A stretch of DNA of 64,000 bases from sequence record PZ445498.1. The stretch is one strand, 5' to 3'. A program made the position numbers and the translations under genes. This document shows positions 9,468 through 19,465 of the stretch, piece after piece. Numbering within the stretch: the first letter of the stretch is position 1; each line of letters begins with the position of its first letter. Under the pieces are notes generated by a model. It worked only from the letters and a program-made list of their open reading frames with translations, was not told the DNA's origin and made no database searches. Source of the stretch: a phage.

Positions 9468-12240
9468 TTCTAGCTCCCAATTCAGCAAGAGCTTCCTCAT
9501 GCATCTGACGTTCTTCATCTGTCATAAACTTAACTGGAATCGGCATACATTCGATCTTACAGTAAGTTCTGTACCAGTCCACAATCTTTTCCGTATCCAG
9601 ATCTTTACCGATACCCATCATGCCAAGATACATACGGGCATATTTTGGGTTAGCGCTCTGACCTGTCTTAAGGAAGAAATCCTTCTTCTTATTCTTAAGA
9701 GCTTCGATAAACGGTTTGATTGTTACATTTGAACACTTCTTGATATCTTCCCAAAACATGTCGTGCATCTTATGGAAGAATGCAGCTCTATCGTTTGGTT
9801 TATCCTTGATATACTGTTCAACGTGTTCCACTGTTACATCTTTAATAGAATCCAGATGATAATAGCGAACCAGAAGTAACTTGGCTTCATAGGCATCTGC
9901 ATGACGTGGTGCGCAATATTCAGGAGTTGAGTACAAAATAGCTTTGATTCGCTCTTCTGTATACTCTTTGCCTGCACCTTCGATAGTTCCCCAGCTTTCA
10001 CTGAAAATATCAATAGTTGCACCCTGATCAAGTAGATAATAACGCAAAGTACTAGTATAGTTTCTAGATTCCAGCTCACGACGACGTGCGTACAGTTGTT
10101 GGGCTAACTCAATCCAACCTTCGTCAATATTATACTGCTCGGAACCGGCAGAAAATCCACTCGTAGATTTATCAATAAAATAATAAATGTTCTGAGCACC
10201 ACGGTCGCGCCTGATTGCTTGAAAACGCATGTTTGGCGCTTGGTTTGAGGTTCTAGTGATTACGAATACGTTATCAAAATAGTTAAAGTCAACACCACTC
10301 GTTACAGATGGACTACATAATAAACAATCAATCTGTTGATCAATTAGCTCATTAGTTGTATAATCCAGAATACGTCGGATATCTACATCAGACGTAGAGT
10401 TTGAGTGAATTTCTTTAACTAACGCACCAGTATTACGACGTAATGCCATTCCCTTCTCATTCAGTTCATCCGGGCCACAGTCAGATACTAGGATTGATTT
10501 CTCCCCCATCTCTAAAGATGTTTGAAGTGCAACCCAAATACTGGATTCATCAGGGAATTCATAAGCATGAGCTTTCGCCAGCATTTTACGGTGGTGATTA
10601 TAAAATGCGACTGGTTTATCAAAATCAATCAAAGAACCATAGGCTTCAATCGTTTCTGCACTGATATCACCATCGGATAAGATAACAGTTTTAGCAGTAA
10701 TAAGGATATCACGAAGAACCTGAATACATTCACGACGGTTTTTAACAACCGGAGCGAATAACAGATCATTCATTACTGCGTCACATTCATCAATAAAGAT
10801 CGTATCAATCTGACCCACAAAGCTCTTGAACTTATGGATAGAGTGAATAGTTGAAGACATACGATCAATGGCACCACGTTTGAAGTTCAGCATATCAACT
10901 GACTTATCATACTGACCAGCACCGAATTTCTTCGCGTTAGAAGATACAAGTGCCCTAGTATTTGTGATTGCAATAAAGTTTCCTGGAAGAACACCTGCAT
11001 CTAGCCACTTAGTTACTGCGGTAGTTTTACCCGTACCAAGACTTGCCTTAACAAATGTTAAATGTCCTTTTGGTGGTACAATGTTAATTTTCAGGTATGG
11101 AACTTCTGGTGGAGAATCTGTGTCTAGACGTTTTAATGGTACACCTTTTAAGTTTGGTGGAATCTCACGTTTGGAGTTATTTACAAAGGCTTTGAGAGCC
11201 TGCTTACGACCGTTATTAAAGTAATCTTGAATATTACGACTATTATCTTTAGTCGTAATATACTCAGATAAAGCTGGTTTAATCTCACGTTCTAACCACG
11301 TAAAGTCAACACCATCTTCTAACGCTCTGTGATAAAGTTTTGGGATAATACGCAGGTACACTCCATCCTCAGCTTCTTCTAGTTCGCTGATGGTTTCTTC
11401 CACTTTATCAGATGCAGCCTTCTTGCCTTTAATTTGATCAAGTAAGGAGTAGAACTCTTCTTTAAACTCACCTCTAGTTGTCTCAAAGTCAACTAGGTTA
11501 TTAGGTAGATTCACCTTCGAACCCTTAACATACACAAGGCGTGGTTTATTCTCCGCTTTAAACGGATCGACTATACCATCATCAAATAAGGGATCTGCGA
11601 AATAGTGAAGCTGAACAGAAGAATAATAAGCTAAGTCAGCAATATCAAAGCCATACTTTTGCTTACTACTGTCATTGATAGATGTAAATAAGAACTTTAA
11701 CTGTCCCTGCGTTACCTTGACATTAGATTCTAGCATTAAGTGCATTCGGATACCTGGTTTTAATCCAGCCGAAGACGATGCATGGGCAATAAACCCTGCA
11801 TCAAGAGGAAACATATCCTCACTAATACTATTCAACATCTTAATAATATGACGTGCCATGCCAACAAGATTAAACTTGTCATAGCCACCAGTATCTACAA
11901 TACCATCCACGTCCATAGCAATAATATGACTAGGATTGGATACGTTAAAGTTTCCCCTGGTACGACGCACATTATCTTTTGGAGCTAAACATTTACCACG
12001 AATAGCTACAATATGCGGGTCTTTGGTAAGACGACGCATGATAGGTAACATTTCAGCAAGGTTTTGCGGGTCAAGTTCTTCAAGTACATCAAATTTGAAG
12101 GGCATGGAAGCTGGTTTACCTTCTGGATGCTCTTTAGAGAATCGCTTTGCAAAGGTGTAATCTTCCACTTTGATCTCTTTCCAGATGCCAGTGGCTTTAT
12201 CTCTGGAAAATCCTGCGTGACCTTGTAGGATTGAGAACAC
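9451..12240 (-). CDS. SF2 helicase-like protein, putative replication origin-binding helicase
   Basis: Walker A LGTGKTT and Walker B FIDECD; start placed at GTG 12240 with AGGAGT RBS; track N-terminal extension looks non-coding. Confidence 0.7.
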   Translation of the reverse strand: MFSILQGHAGFSRDKATGIWKEIKVEDYTFAKRFSKEHPEGKPASMPFKFDVLEELDPQNLAEMLPIMRRLTKDPHIVAIRGKCLAPKDNVRRTRGNFNVSNPSHIIAMDVDGIVDTGGYDKFNLVGMARHIIKMLNSISEDMFPLDAGFIAHASSSAGLKPGIRMHLMLESNVKVTQGQLKFLFTSINDSSKQKYGFDIADLAYYSSVQLHYFADPLFDDGIVDPFKAENKPRLVYVKGSKVNLPNNLVDFETTRGEFKEEFYSLLDQIKGKKAASDKVEETISELEEAEDGVYLRIIPKLYHRALEDGVDFTWLEREIKPALSEYITTKDNSRNIQDYFNNGRKQALKAFVNNSKREIPPNLKGVPLKRLDTDSPPEVPYLKINIVPPKGHLTFVKASLGTGKTTAVTKWLDAGVLPGNFIAITNTRALVSSNAKKFGAGQYDKSVDMLNFKRGAIDRMSSTIHSIHKFKSFVGQIDTIFIDECDAVMNDLLFAPVVKNRRECIQVLRDILITAKTVILSDGDISAETIEAYGSLIDFDKPVAFYNHHRKMLAKAHAYEFPDESSIWVALQTSLEMGEKSILVSDCGPDELNEKGMALRRNTGALVKEIHSNSTSDVDIRRILDYTTNELIDQQIDCLLCSPSVTSGVDFNYFDNVFVITRTSNQAPNMRFQAIRRDRGAQNIYYFIDKSTSGFSAGSEQYNIDEGWIELAQQLYARRRELESRNYTSTLRYYLLDQGATIDIFSESWGTIEGAGKEYTEERIKAILYSTPEYCAPRHADAYEAKLLLVRYYHLDSIKDVTVEHVEQYIKDKPNDRAAFFHKMHDMFWEDIKKCSNVTIKPFIEALKNKKKDFFLKTGQSANPKYARMYLGMMGIGKDLDTEKIVDWYRTYCKIECMPIPVKFMTDEERQMHEEALAELGARNDSEE

Positions 12241-12736
12241 AACAATACTCCTATGTTGGTTATTCGGATATCTTTCTTTAGGACTATTCAAAAGAATAGA
12301 ACAACTATTACTACCATTTACACAAACATTAATCATCATCAAGCAGTATGAATAAGTTATCATACCTCAGTGCTGCGCTCTCTTAACTCTTATCCAGATC
12401 AGAACCTAGGTCATTGGCCGCTAAGCCGATTCTGATTGCCCTCACTATCCTATTGGTAGGTGGCTACTGGACGTGTCACCATTCGCTGCTCTTTTCGTTC
12501 GCACCCCCATATAAAGCTCTGCCTATATAACGAGCTAAATATGCACGGTTTGGATTTACCTTTCCGAATTCAGGGTACGCAGATCACTTAATTGATAATT
12601 AACTAATGCAGTATAAACACTAGTAATAGTTAAAACAACCCTTAATGGGGCAGCCTAACTGTTCCGTATTGCGGATTGTAAACAAGAAAAATTAGCAAAA
12701 TCAATTTTTACTAATGTCTCTCAATTCAATATAAAT

Positions 12737-12765
12737 ATTATATCAAGATTTTGAGCATCCTGCAA
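12737..12765 (-). promoter_or_regulatory. early promoter (minus) with ~490 nt leader before SF2 helicase gene
   Basis: Reverse complement TTGCAG-17-TATAAT plus ATTTATATTGAATTGAGAGA leader. Confidence 0.65.
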
Positions 12766-12856
12766 GTAAAATTTTTCCGAAGGTGCTATCAGTGTCTTTG
12801 AGCACAGAGAAAACCGAGCCAAAATGACTCGGTAATCAGGATTGGGCTAACGAAAA

Positions 12857-13252
12857 TCAATCATCATTTAGACCTGGGACATAGATCCCAATGCGATTTA
12901 ATTGACCTTTAGCTTCTTCGAGAATATCTTCGGTGTACTCCCAAATATCATCTTCTACTTGCAAAAGATAAGGGGATTCACCAGTTTCGGGGTCACGTGT
13001 AATGGCTAAGCCACGTGAATGGAATATAGAGAAGTTGAGGGCAACAATCAAGCCCATGCTGGACAATTCATTCCAGTCAGCTTCCCAACCATCATCTTCA
13101 TCTTCGTCCACAAATACACCTACACTAGGGTCTGTTACAGAAGTAAACGGAAATGTTACACTAACCTTGTCAACCCCCAACCAACGTGCAAGGAGCCCCT
13201 CAGCACGCTCTACCAAACTAGGATCTATCTGACGCCAAAATACTTGTTCCAT
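12857..13252 (-). CDS. hypothetical acidic protein (paralog 1 of tandem pair)
   Basis: 131 aa; shares C-terminal ...GxY(V/M)IPGL motif with the next ORF. Confidence 0.5.
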   Translation of the reverse strand: MEQVFWRQIDPSLVERAEGLLARWLGVDKVSVTFPFTSVTDPSVGVFVDEDEDDGWEADWNELSSMGLIVALNFSIFHSRGLAITRDPETGESPYLLQVEDDIWEYTEDILEEAKGQLNRIGIYVPGLNDD

Positions 13253-13261
13253 TCTGCCTCC

Positions 13262-13690
13262 TTAAGCAGTTAAACCTGGGATCATATACCCGAAACGACG
13301 AAGTTTCTGAATCCCCTCATTTACTTCCTCGGGCGAATATGACCAGCCATCACGTTCATTTACCTGGAAAGCAGGAGCTTCACCAGTGCGATAATTTACA
13401 ATAAGACGGTGATTTGCAGGCATAAACAGCTTATGATTCAAGGCAAAAACCAGACCCATTTCATCGAGTTCTTTCCAGTCTACAATCTCTTCTACTCCCT
13501 CCCCTAAATCCACGCTAACTCCAATACACGGAGCTTCCTCTAGCGGGCCTTTAAAGGATAAGAAGATATCGTTATTCTCACACCAAATCTTGAGCAGATT
13601 GATGGTTTCATTATACATACCATTAGGGAGAGAGCGCCAGAAGTTGAGAAGCATAGGATTTACCTCTTTCATGAAAATATTATTGAACAT
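13262..13690 (-). CDS. hypothetical acidic protein (paralog 2 of tandem pair)
   Basis: 142 aa; similar to 12857-13252 over the C-terminal half. Confidence 0.5.
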   Translation of the reverse strand: MFNNIFMKEVNPMLLNFWRSLPNGMYNETINLLKIWCENNDIFLSFKGPLEEAPCIGVSVDLGEGVEEIVDWKELDEMGLVFALNHKLFMPANHRLIVNYRTGEAPAFQVNERDGWSYSPEEVNEGIQKLRRFGYMIPGLTA

Positions 13691-13692
13691 GC

Positions 13693-14232
13693 TTATACCT
13701 TAAGTTTCTGAAGAGCCTTACACATTTCAAGATTTGGACTAAACTCCAGCATATAGCTGATAGCGTTTAAATCTTGAAGGTTTATTCCAGTCCTGCCGTT
13801 TACAATAACAGAAGGAAATTGATACATCATAGCACCAGCATCATCTAGGACACACCAATGCTTGAGCTTATATTTTTCTACAAAACGTAAAACAGAATTA
13901 CCCCGAGATAAACCACCTCCAGTAAAGTCTGTTGTACCAAGAAAACGATCGATCAAACCGAGTCCGGTCATAATCTGAACGTTCTCCATTTCATTTCGTA
14001 CAGAAAACCATGAAGATACCCCAACAATCATTATTGGGGGTGGCTTAAGAAAGTTCTGAAAAGCCTGGAGTAATGGCTTGTAAACCCAATCACCACCAAA
14101 GAATAGCTTCTCACTATCTGGAGCATGATGGTGAGAGATGCTCGAATTGAGCACCCCATCAATATCCAGGAAAATCACAGGAGTATTACTTATTTCCACC
14201 AGTAGCATCCCACGTCCAGACTTTAACTTCAT
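13693..14232 (-). CDS. HAD-superfamily phosphatase-like protein
   Basis: HAD motif I FLDIDGVL near the N-terminus. Confidence 0.55.
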   Translation of the reverse strand: MKLKSGRGMLLVEISNTPVIFLDIDGVLNSSISHHHAPDSEKLFFGGDWVYKPLLQAFQNFLKPPPIMIVGVSSWFSVRNEMENVQIMTGLGLIDRFLGTTDFTGGGLSRGNSVLRFVEKYKLKHWCVLDDAGAMMYQFPSVIVNGRTGINLQDLNAISYMLEFSPNLEMCKALQKLKV

Positions 14233-14371
14233 CAGTAAAAGGAACTGGAACCTTCAATTCACCTTTACCCCACATAACAGATAGGAACAGAGAATAAATG
14301 GTAATCATACCGATTAGGTTGACAAACCATACTAGACCTTTCCAGATACCCTTAAAAATCTTCTTCACCAT
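14186..14371 (-). CDS. hypothetical small membrane protein
   Basis: Start at ATG 14371 with AGGAGGG RBS; hydrophobic segment LVWFVNLIGMITIYSLFL. Confidence 0.4.
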   Translation of the reverse strand: MVKKIFKGIWKGLVWFVNLIGMITIYSLFLSVMWGKGELKVPVPFTDEVKVWTWDATGGNK

Positions 14372-14534
14372 ATTCTCCCTCCTTAATAAGGAACTCTTTC
14401 CATTCTGCTGTATCCTCATAGATAACGCAGAAATCATCACTCTTCCATGAGAAGTCATCAGTAGCAAATTCGAAACGGTAGCACCAACTACCATCTGGCC
14501 ATATTAAAAGATCACACATGCTTTTCTGGGACAT
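14352..14534 (-). CDS. hypothetical small protein
   Basis: Start at ATG 14534 with GGAGGG RBS; overlaps Sir2-like gene 3' end. Confidence 0.4.
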   Translation of the reverse strand: MSQKSMCDLLIWPDGSWCYRFEFATDDFSWKSDDFCVIYEDTAEWKEFLIKEGEYGEEDF

Positions 14535-15363
14535 AAATATTTCCCTCCATAAAAGCTTCAACTTGATCAATAAAGTGTTTATTACCAAAAACTTCGGCAG
14601 CTCCAGCACGCCATACAGTAACACCACGTTTCTCATACTCAAGCTGTTCGTCATAACGAACTTGTGGGTTAACAACCATCATCTTAGTTCCACGACATAC
14701 AGCAGGAAATAATTCCCAGTTGAAGTTGATAACTTGGTTACTACAACCCACCACAATAACCATGTCATTGCTAGTAAGAGTATCAAACAGGTTGATTTGA
14801 CCCATGTACCACGGAGCTGTCTCACCAAAGAACACCACGTTTGGTTTTACCCATTCGTAATCTTCAGGGGCAATCGCAGTATACCCAACATCTTCGATGA
14901 TTTGATTGCGACCCTGACGATAGATCACCTCTTTCAAGTACCCGTGAGCGTGAATTATTTCATCACGAGGGATACCAGCACGTTCCAGAAGGTCATCAAC
15001 GTTAGTAGTGAAGTTCTTCACGCTATCCGCACCATAACGCTGGAACCATTCTGCAATTCGCAGATGGGCAATGTTAGGCTCAACAGTCTGTAGTTCCTGA
15101 CGACGCATGTTGTAGAACTCATGAGTCTTGAGATACAGATCGTTACCATCTTCATCAATGCCAGGGAAACGAGCACTGAAGTAGTTAGGATCATCTTCAC
15201 CACAGAAGCGACGGAAGCCAGCTTCAAAGTTAGGCAAGCTACATACTTCCTCTAGATCGTACTCATCCCACAAGGATTTCCCACTAGCAGTATCAGTACG
15301 GAAAGCACGAACACCACTATCTACACTCAAACCTGCACCACTAACAACGATTAGTCTACGCAT
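14512..15363 (-). CDS. Sir2-family (sirtuin-like) NAD-dependent protein
   Basis: Sirtuin motifs GAGLSVDSGVRAFR, FTTNVDDL and HG. Confidence 0.65.
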   Translation of the reverse strand: MRRLIVVSGAGLSVDSGVRAFRTDTASGKSLWDEYDLEEVCSLPNFEAGFRRFCGEDDPNYFSARFPGIDEDGNDLYLKTHEFYNMRRQELQTVEPNIAHLRIAEWFQRYGADSVKNFTTNVDDLLERAGIPRDEIIHAHGYLKEVIYRQGRNQIIEDVGYTAIAPEDYEWVKPNVVFFGETAPWYMGQINLFDTLTSNDMVIVVGCSNQVINFNWELFPAVCRGTKMMVVNPQVRYDEQLEYEKRGVTVWRAGAAEVFGNKHFIDQVEAFMEGNIYVPEKHV

Positions 15364-15557
15364 TATACGATTCCTTGCTTGAATCCTTCGATGATATTTT
15401 GGAGCAGAATTGCTTCTTCTGGGCGAACCTTCTCTTGCTTAATAAGCATATCCAAACCAGCAATACAGGTAGCTACTCCAGCATTATACCCAGCATTCCA
15501 CTGCTCCATAAGCATATTTTCTAAATTACTTTTTAGATTCTGATTCAAGAAGTCCAT
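15363..15557 (-). CDS. hypothetical small protein
   Basis: Start placed at ATG 15557 with GGAGG RBS. Confidence 0.4.
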   Translation of the reverse strand: MDFLNQNLKSNLENMLMEQWNAGYNAGVATCIAGLDMLIKQEKVRPEEAILLQNIIEGFKQGIV

Positions 15558-15729
15558 AAAGTTTTTCCTCCAATTCCATAATACGATTTTCGTAAGAAGC
15601 ACGCAGCTTCTCGATGGACAAAGCACGAACTGTAACTTCATCTGAATTGATCGCTAGCTGAGCTAGATCTTCTGTTTCCATACGTCCGTTGTAAATTAAG
15701 CGATATTTAAGATGTTTTACGTTTTTCAT
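15526..15729 (-). CDS. hypothetical small protein
   Basis: 67 aa ORF in operon context. Confidence 0.4.
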   Translation of the reverse strand: MKNVKHLKYRLIYNGRMETEDLAQLAINSDEVTVRALSIEKLRASYENRIMELEEKLYGLLESESKK

Positions 15730-15738
15730 TCTTGTTCC

Positions 15739-16020
15739 TTAGTTCTGTACTGTAAATTCATTCTTATCACAGTGAGCATAATAATACCCATACATACGAT
15801 AAATTTTCACAGCCTTAGTAGACCCCTTCGATTCTTCATAATCAATCCAGAGCCACTTGTCTTTACCTACATAATGTACCCGAAACTTCTTAACTTTCTT
15901 ATCATTCCATGTTGCAACAACACGACGATAATCAAATCCGCCCAACCAATCTAGAGCCTTACGTTCTTCACTAGGCTCTCCAAGATAGGAAACATCTACT
16001 TTCGGAAGCAATTCGCTCAT
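15739..16020 (-). CDS. hypothetical protein
   Basis: 93 aa ORF directly downstream of minus early promoter at 16049-16077. Confidence 0.5.
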   Translation of the reverse strand: MSELLPKVDVSYLGEPSEERKALDWLGGFDYRRVVATWNDKKVKKFRVHYVGKDKWLWIDYEESKGSTKAVKIYRMYGYYYAHCDKNEFTVQN

Positions 16021-16048
16021 AGCTTTCTCCTCTCAAATTTATAAATCA

Positions 16049-16077
16049 ATTATACATAAGTTTTAGCTCGAAAGCAA
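16049..16077 (-). promoter_or_regulatory. early promoter (minus) for gene 15739-16020
   Basis: Reverse complement TTGCTT-17-TATAAT plus CATAAATTTGAGAGGAG leader. Confidence 0.7.
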
Positions 16078-16083
16078 ATAAAA

Positions 16084-16114
16084 TAAAAGCCAGATCGACT
16101 AGCGACCTGGCTGA
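16084..16114 (-). terminator. rho-independent terminator (minus) after nrdD
   Basis: Hairpin AGCCAGGTCGCTAGTCGATCTGGCT plus T-run on minus strand. Confidence 0.65.
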
Positions 16115-16118
16115 TTCA

Positions 16119-17993
16119 TTATTTAGCTCTTACATCTGCATGCTTGATTCGTCCCATAACCTCATGCTGTTTACCTGGGTTAAATGGGCGTGCACCTGGA
16201 TTACCAAGGTACCCACAAACACGACGTGTTACCTCAAGAGTCTCAGGATCATGGTTGCCACAAATTGGGCATTTAAATCCATCTTCAGAAGCAATTGTTT
16301 CGCCTAAGAATCCACACTCACCACAAGAATCAACTGGAGTATTAATACCAAAGTAGTGAACTTTACTTGCAGCATAGTTAATTACCCATTCTAGGGCATC
16401 TGGGAATTTCTTCATGTCAGGTAATTCCACGTAGGAAATGCACCCACCAGAAGCAATAGGAGTAAAGTTAGACTCATAATCAAATTTCACATTTGGAGCA
16501 ACCTTACGTTCTACATCAAGGTGATGGGAGTTAGTGTAATATCCTTTAGCCAGAATATCCTCATGCTCTGGGAAGTACTCACGGTCTAGACGACAGAAGC
16601 GATCACACAGAGATTCAGATGGTGTAGCATACAGACTATAACCTAACTGAGTCTCTTCCTTCTTCTGATCAGCACGATCACGCATATATTGTAGCACACG
16701 TTGAACGAACTTGATACAAGACTCAGACATTGTATCTACATCTTTACCAAACATGAGCTGCAACATTTCGTGGCAACCAATATATCCTAGAGATACGGAA
16801 GCACGCTTGTAGAAATGATCAAATACATATTCATCTGGCCCCAGACGTAATCCAAAGGCTCCTGACATATAGAGGATGGGCGCAGCTTTAGCTTGAATGT
16901 ATTTTAAGCGATCAACCCTCCACTCCAATGCTTTTAACGCGGTATCCACACGCAGCTCAAGCAGATCGAAGAATAGATCAATATTTCCTTCCGCTTCGAT
17001 AGCGATTCGAGGAAGGTTTACGGAAACAACGCCTAAGTTGTTACGACCAGAAGTTTCACCATCTTCCGCAGCAGCCAGGAATGAACGACAGCCCATAGAG
17101 ACTTTGTAGTCTCCCGTAACTTCTACAACCTTATCATAACTGATGTAGTCAGGATACATACGTTCAGCAGTACATTTCATAGCTAACTTCTTGATATCAT
17201 AGTTAACATCACCAGGTTTCATGTTTACGCCATCACGCAAAACAAATACCAGTTTAGGGAAGATAGCTGTACGTTTATTGATACCCAAACCATCCATACG
17301 CACTTCTAGGATTGCTTTCTGTACAAGACGTGCTTCCCAAGAAGTTCCTAGACCAAACCCAAAGGTAATAAACGGACTTTGACCATTAGAGTTGAACATC
17401 GTATTGATTTCATACTCCAGGCCCTGACAGGCATCGTAAACTTCTTTCTCAGTCATTTCCGTAGCCATTACAGATGCTTTGGCTTCATCCTTAGTCCAAC
17501 GTTTTGCAAACGCATGATTCTTATCATAAGACTTACGAACATAAGGAGCCAGTACTTCATCTAATCGGTCTACAGAAGTACCACCATATTGATGGGAGCT
17601 AACCTGAGTAATAATCTGAGCTGTAATAGCAGCCGCAGTAGTAATGGAGTTTGGCGTACTGATTTCAGCATTACCAACCTTCATACCGTTTTTCAACATA
17701 TCTTCCAAAGCAACCAGGCAACAGTTAGTCATACCTAATGCAGCGTAATCAGCATCATGGAAGTGAATATCACCAATCATGTGAGCATTTCGAATCTGGA
17801 TTGGCATTTCTTCCAGAATCAGATATTTACTCAATTCCCCTGCAAGCATATCCCTTTGTGTAGGGAAACGTTCTGAGGGCTTATTGGCATTATTAAACAG
17901 CAGCTCTTCATCTGCTGAACCTTCGATAATTTCTTTGCAGTTTCGAATTAAGGACTGCATTCCTTTATATTTTAGTTCTTCATTGCGATTCAT
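16119..17993 (-). CDS. nrdD: anaerobic ribonucleoside-triphosphate reductase
   Basis: 624 aa; C-terminal glycine-radical motif RVCGYLG and Cys cluster CGECGF...CPICG. Confidence 0.85.
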   Translation of the reverse strand: MNRNEELKYKGMQSLIRNCKEIIEGSADEELLFNNANKPSERFPTQRDMLAGELSKYLILEEMPIQIRNAHMIGDIHFHDADYAALGMTNCCLVALEDMLKNGMKVGNAEISTPNSITTAAAITAQIITQVSSHQYGGTSVDRLDEVLAPYVRKSYDKNHAFAKRWTKDEAKASVMATEMTEKEVYDACQGLEYEINTMFNSNGQSPFITFGFGLGTSWEARLVQKAILEVRMDGLGINKRTAIFPKLVFVLRDGVNMKPGDVNYDIKKLAMKCTAERMYPDYISYDKVVEVTGDYKVSMGCRSFLAAAEDGETSGRNNLGVVSVNLPRIAIEAEGNIDLFFDLLELRVDTALKALEWRVDRLKYIQAKAAPILYMSGAFGLRLGPDEYVFDHFYKRASVSLGYIGCHEMLQLMFGKDVDTMSESCIKFVQRVLQYMRDRADQKKEETQLGYSLYATPSESLCDRFCRLDREYFPEHEDILAKGYYTNSHHLDVERKVAPNVKFDYESNFTPIASGGCISYVELPDMKKFPDALEWVINYAASKVHYFGINTPVDSCGECGFLGETIASEDGFKCPICGNHDPETLEVTRRVCGYLGNPGARPFNPGKQHEVMGRIKHADVRAK

Positions 17994-18024
17994 TATACCC
18001 TCCTTCTCTAACTAAGACTACTAT

Positions 18025-18053
18025 TATAACTCATTAGAAGGCGGATGTCAACA
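18025..18053 (-). promoter_or_regulatory. sigma70 consensus promoter (minus) for nrdD
   Basis: Reverse complement TTGACA-17-TATAAT, then GGAGG RBS and ATG 17993. Confidence 0.7.
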
Positions 18054-18102
18054 ATATTTTACTATAAAGTTCTGTAACATGATCTGAGTCAAAAAATTTT
18101 AT

Positions 18103-18131
18103 TTGCCAACCTCTATTAAAAATAGTATAAT
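18103..18131 (+). promoter_or_regulatory. promoter (plus), distal of two upstream of phoH
   Basis: TTGCCA-17-TATAAT with AT-rich upstream tract. Confidence 0.6.
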
Positions 18132-18243
18132 CACGCGCCCGTGTACGCGATATAAAATGATTATCTAGTACCATACATCTCCCAATAAAAGCAAGCAAAT
18201 TTTTTATTTAAATGCAATATCATAGGCTTATTTAAAATTGTAG

Positions 18244-18272
18244 TTGCTTTCTCCCGTATATATTGGTATAAT
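18244..18272 (+). promoter_or_regulatory. promoter (plus), proximal to phoH
   Basis: TTGCTT-17-TATAAT. Confidence 0.65.
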
Positions 18273-18345
18273 ATATTTGTAAGTTGATAAACAAGATCTT
18301 TTTGTTGATCCTCTGTTAGCGAAGTACACTATAGGAGTGTTATTT

Positions 18346-19098
18346 ATGGGAAAAGCACGTCAAAAAAGAGAGAACCGCAATGGTTCAAGAAAGCGTGGCA
18401 ACAAGTATGAGAGTAACGTAATTCAAGCAGATTTCTCTGGTGATTACGCCAATCCAGTTGCTAAATCCCTAGTTGGTAAAAACCGTGAGCAAAAATCATA
18501 TATCAATATGATCAAGAACAACACAGTGACTGTGGGTATTGGTGAACCAGGTACTGGTAAAACCTTTATTCCGTCCGTTCTTGCAGCTCAGGAACTCGTA
18601 GACATTCACTCAGATATTGAGCAAGTGATCCTCGTGCGTCCGAACGAACCTCTAGGTAAATCTCTTGGTATGCTCCCAGGTGATCTGGCAGAAAAGCTAG
18701 AGCCTTGGTTGGAACCAATAGCCGATGGCATGAAATGGTCAATCGGTGATCACGCCTACAAAGGATATGTCGAACGTCAGAAAATTAAATTCCTGGCTAT
18801 CGAACATGCCCGTGGCCGAACTTTCAACAACTCCTATGTAATTGTCGATGAAGCTCAGAATATCTCCGTTGAAGCAATGATCTGTCTCTTGACTCGTGTA
18901 GGACAAGATTGTCGTTTAATTATCTGTGGGGATATAGCTCAGAAAGACATCAAGGGTGATTCAGGTCTAGCACTTCTTATGGAAGTCTATGAGAAGTACG
19001 AAAACTCTCCTTTCTCTATGATCGAACTGATCGACAACGTTCGCTCACCAGAGTCTAAAGCATTCTACGATATCTTTAAGGATATGGGGAAGGTGTAA
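18346..19098 (+). CDS. phoH: PhoH-like ATPase
   Basis: Walker A GEPGTGKT and Walker B VIVDEAQN; ATG 18346 with AGGAG RBS. Confidence 0.85.
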   Translation: MGKARQKRENRNGSRKRGNKYESNVIQADFSGDYANPVAKSLVGKNREQKSYINMIKNNTVTVGIGEPGTGKTFIPSVLAAQELVDIHSDIEQVILVRPNEPLGKSLGMLPGDLAEKLEPWLEPIADGMKWSIGDHAYKGYVERQKIKFLAIEHARGRTFNNSYVIVDEAQNISVEAMICLLTRVGQDCRLIICGDIAQKDIKGDSGLALLMEVYEKYENSPFSMIELIDNVRSPESKAFYDIFKDMGKV

Positions 19099-19099
19099 T

Positions 19100-19342
19100 A
19101 TGGGAAACGTCGTACATCTGCACCGCAAAACTAAGATCCACCGTACTTCATTGAGTGCTGCTAATATGATTACACGTAAGGAAGGGGAAGAAAGTCCTAA
19201 GACTACCCTAGCGTGGAAAATTGTAGCCTCTAATCCAAATCGGCCTTTCAACTATAATGAACTGAGTACTTCTATAGACATTCTTATGGCTAAGGAAATA
19301 CGACAGAAACTAACTGATATGACCGATAAACTTAAATGGTAA
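19100..19342 (+). CDS. hypothetical protein
   Basis: 80 aa ORF followed by terminator hairpin. Confidence 0.5.
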   Translation: MGNVVHLHRKTKIHRTSLSAANMITRKEGEESPKTTLAWKIVASNPNRPFNYNELSTSIDILMAKEIRQKLTDMTDKLKW

Positions 19343-19349
19343 GACAGAC

Positions 19350-19385
19350 GAGCCTGGGTATGAAAATATCCGGGCTCTTTTTATC
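19350..19385 (+). terminator. rho-independent terminator
   Basis: Hairpin GAGCCTGGG...CCGGGCTC followed by TTTTT. Confidence 0.6.
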
Positions 19386-19398
19386 TGTAAAATTGTAC

Positions 19399-19427
19399 TT
19401 GCAAAATGACTCAAAACAAAGTAGAAT
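19399..19427 (+). promoter_or_regulatory. promoter for nrdA
   Basis: TTGCAA-17-TAGAAT directly after terminator hairpin. Confidence 0.6.
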
Positions 19428-19465
19428 ATCTCCTAAATCCTGATAACTACAAAAAGGAAAGCCAA

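Noticed and set aside
12241-12363. Upstream start for the SF2 helicase (track start 12363)
   Set aside because: The first ~40 codons are Cys/Asn-rich low-complexity sequence; an AGGAGT RBS precedes GTG 12240
19406-19465. Upstream ATG 19406 as the nrdA start
   Set aside because: That ATG lies in the spacer of the promoter at 19399-19427; ATG 19466 has an RBS and gives the expected ATP-cone N-terminus
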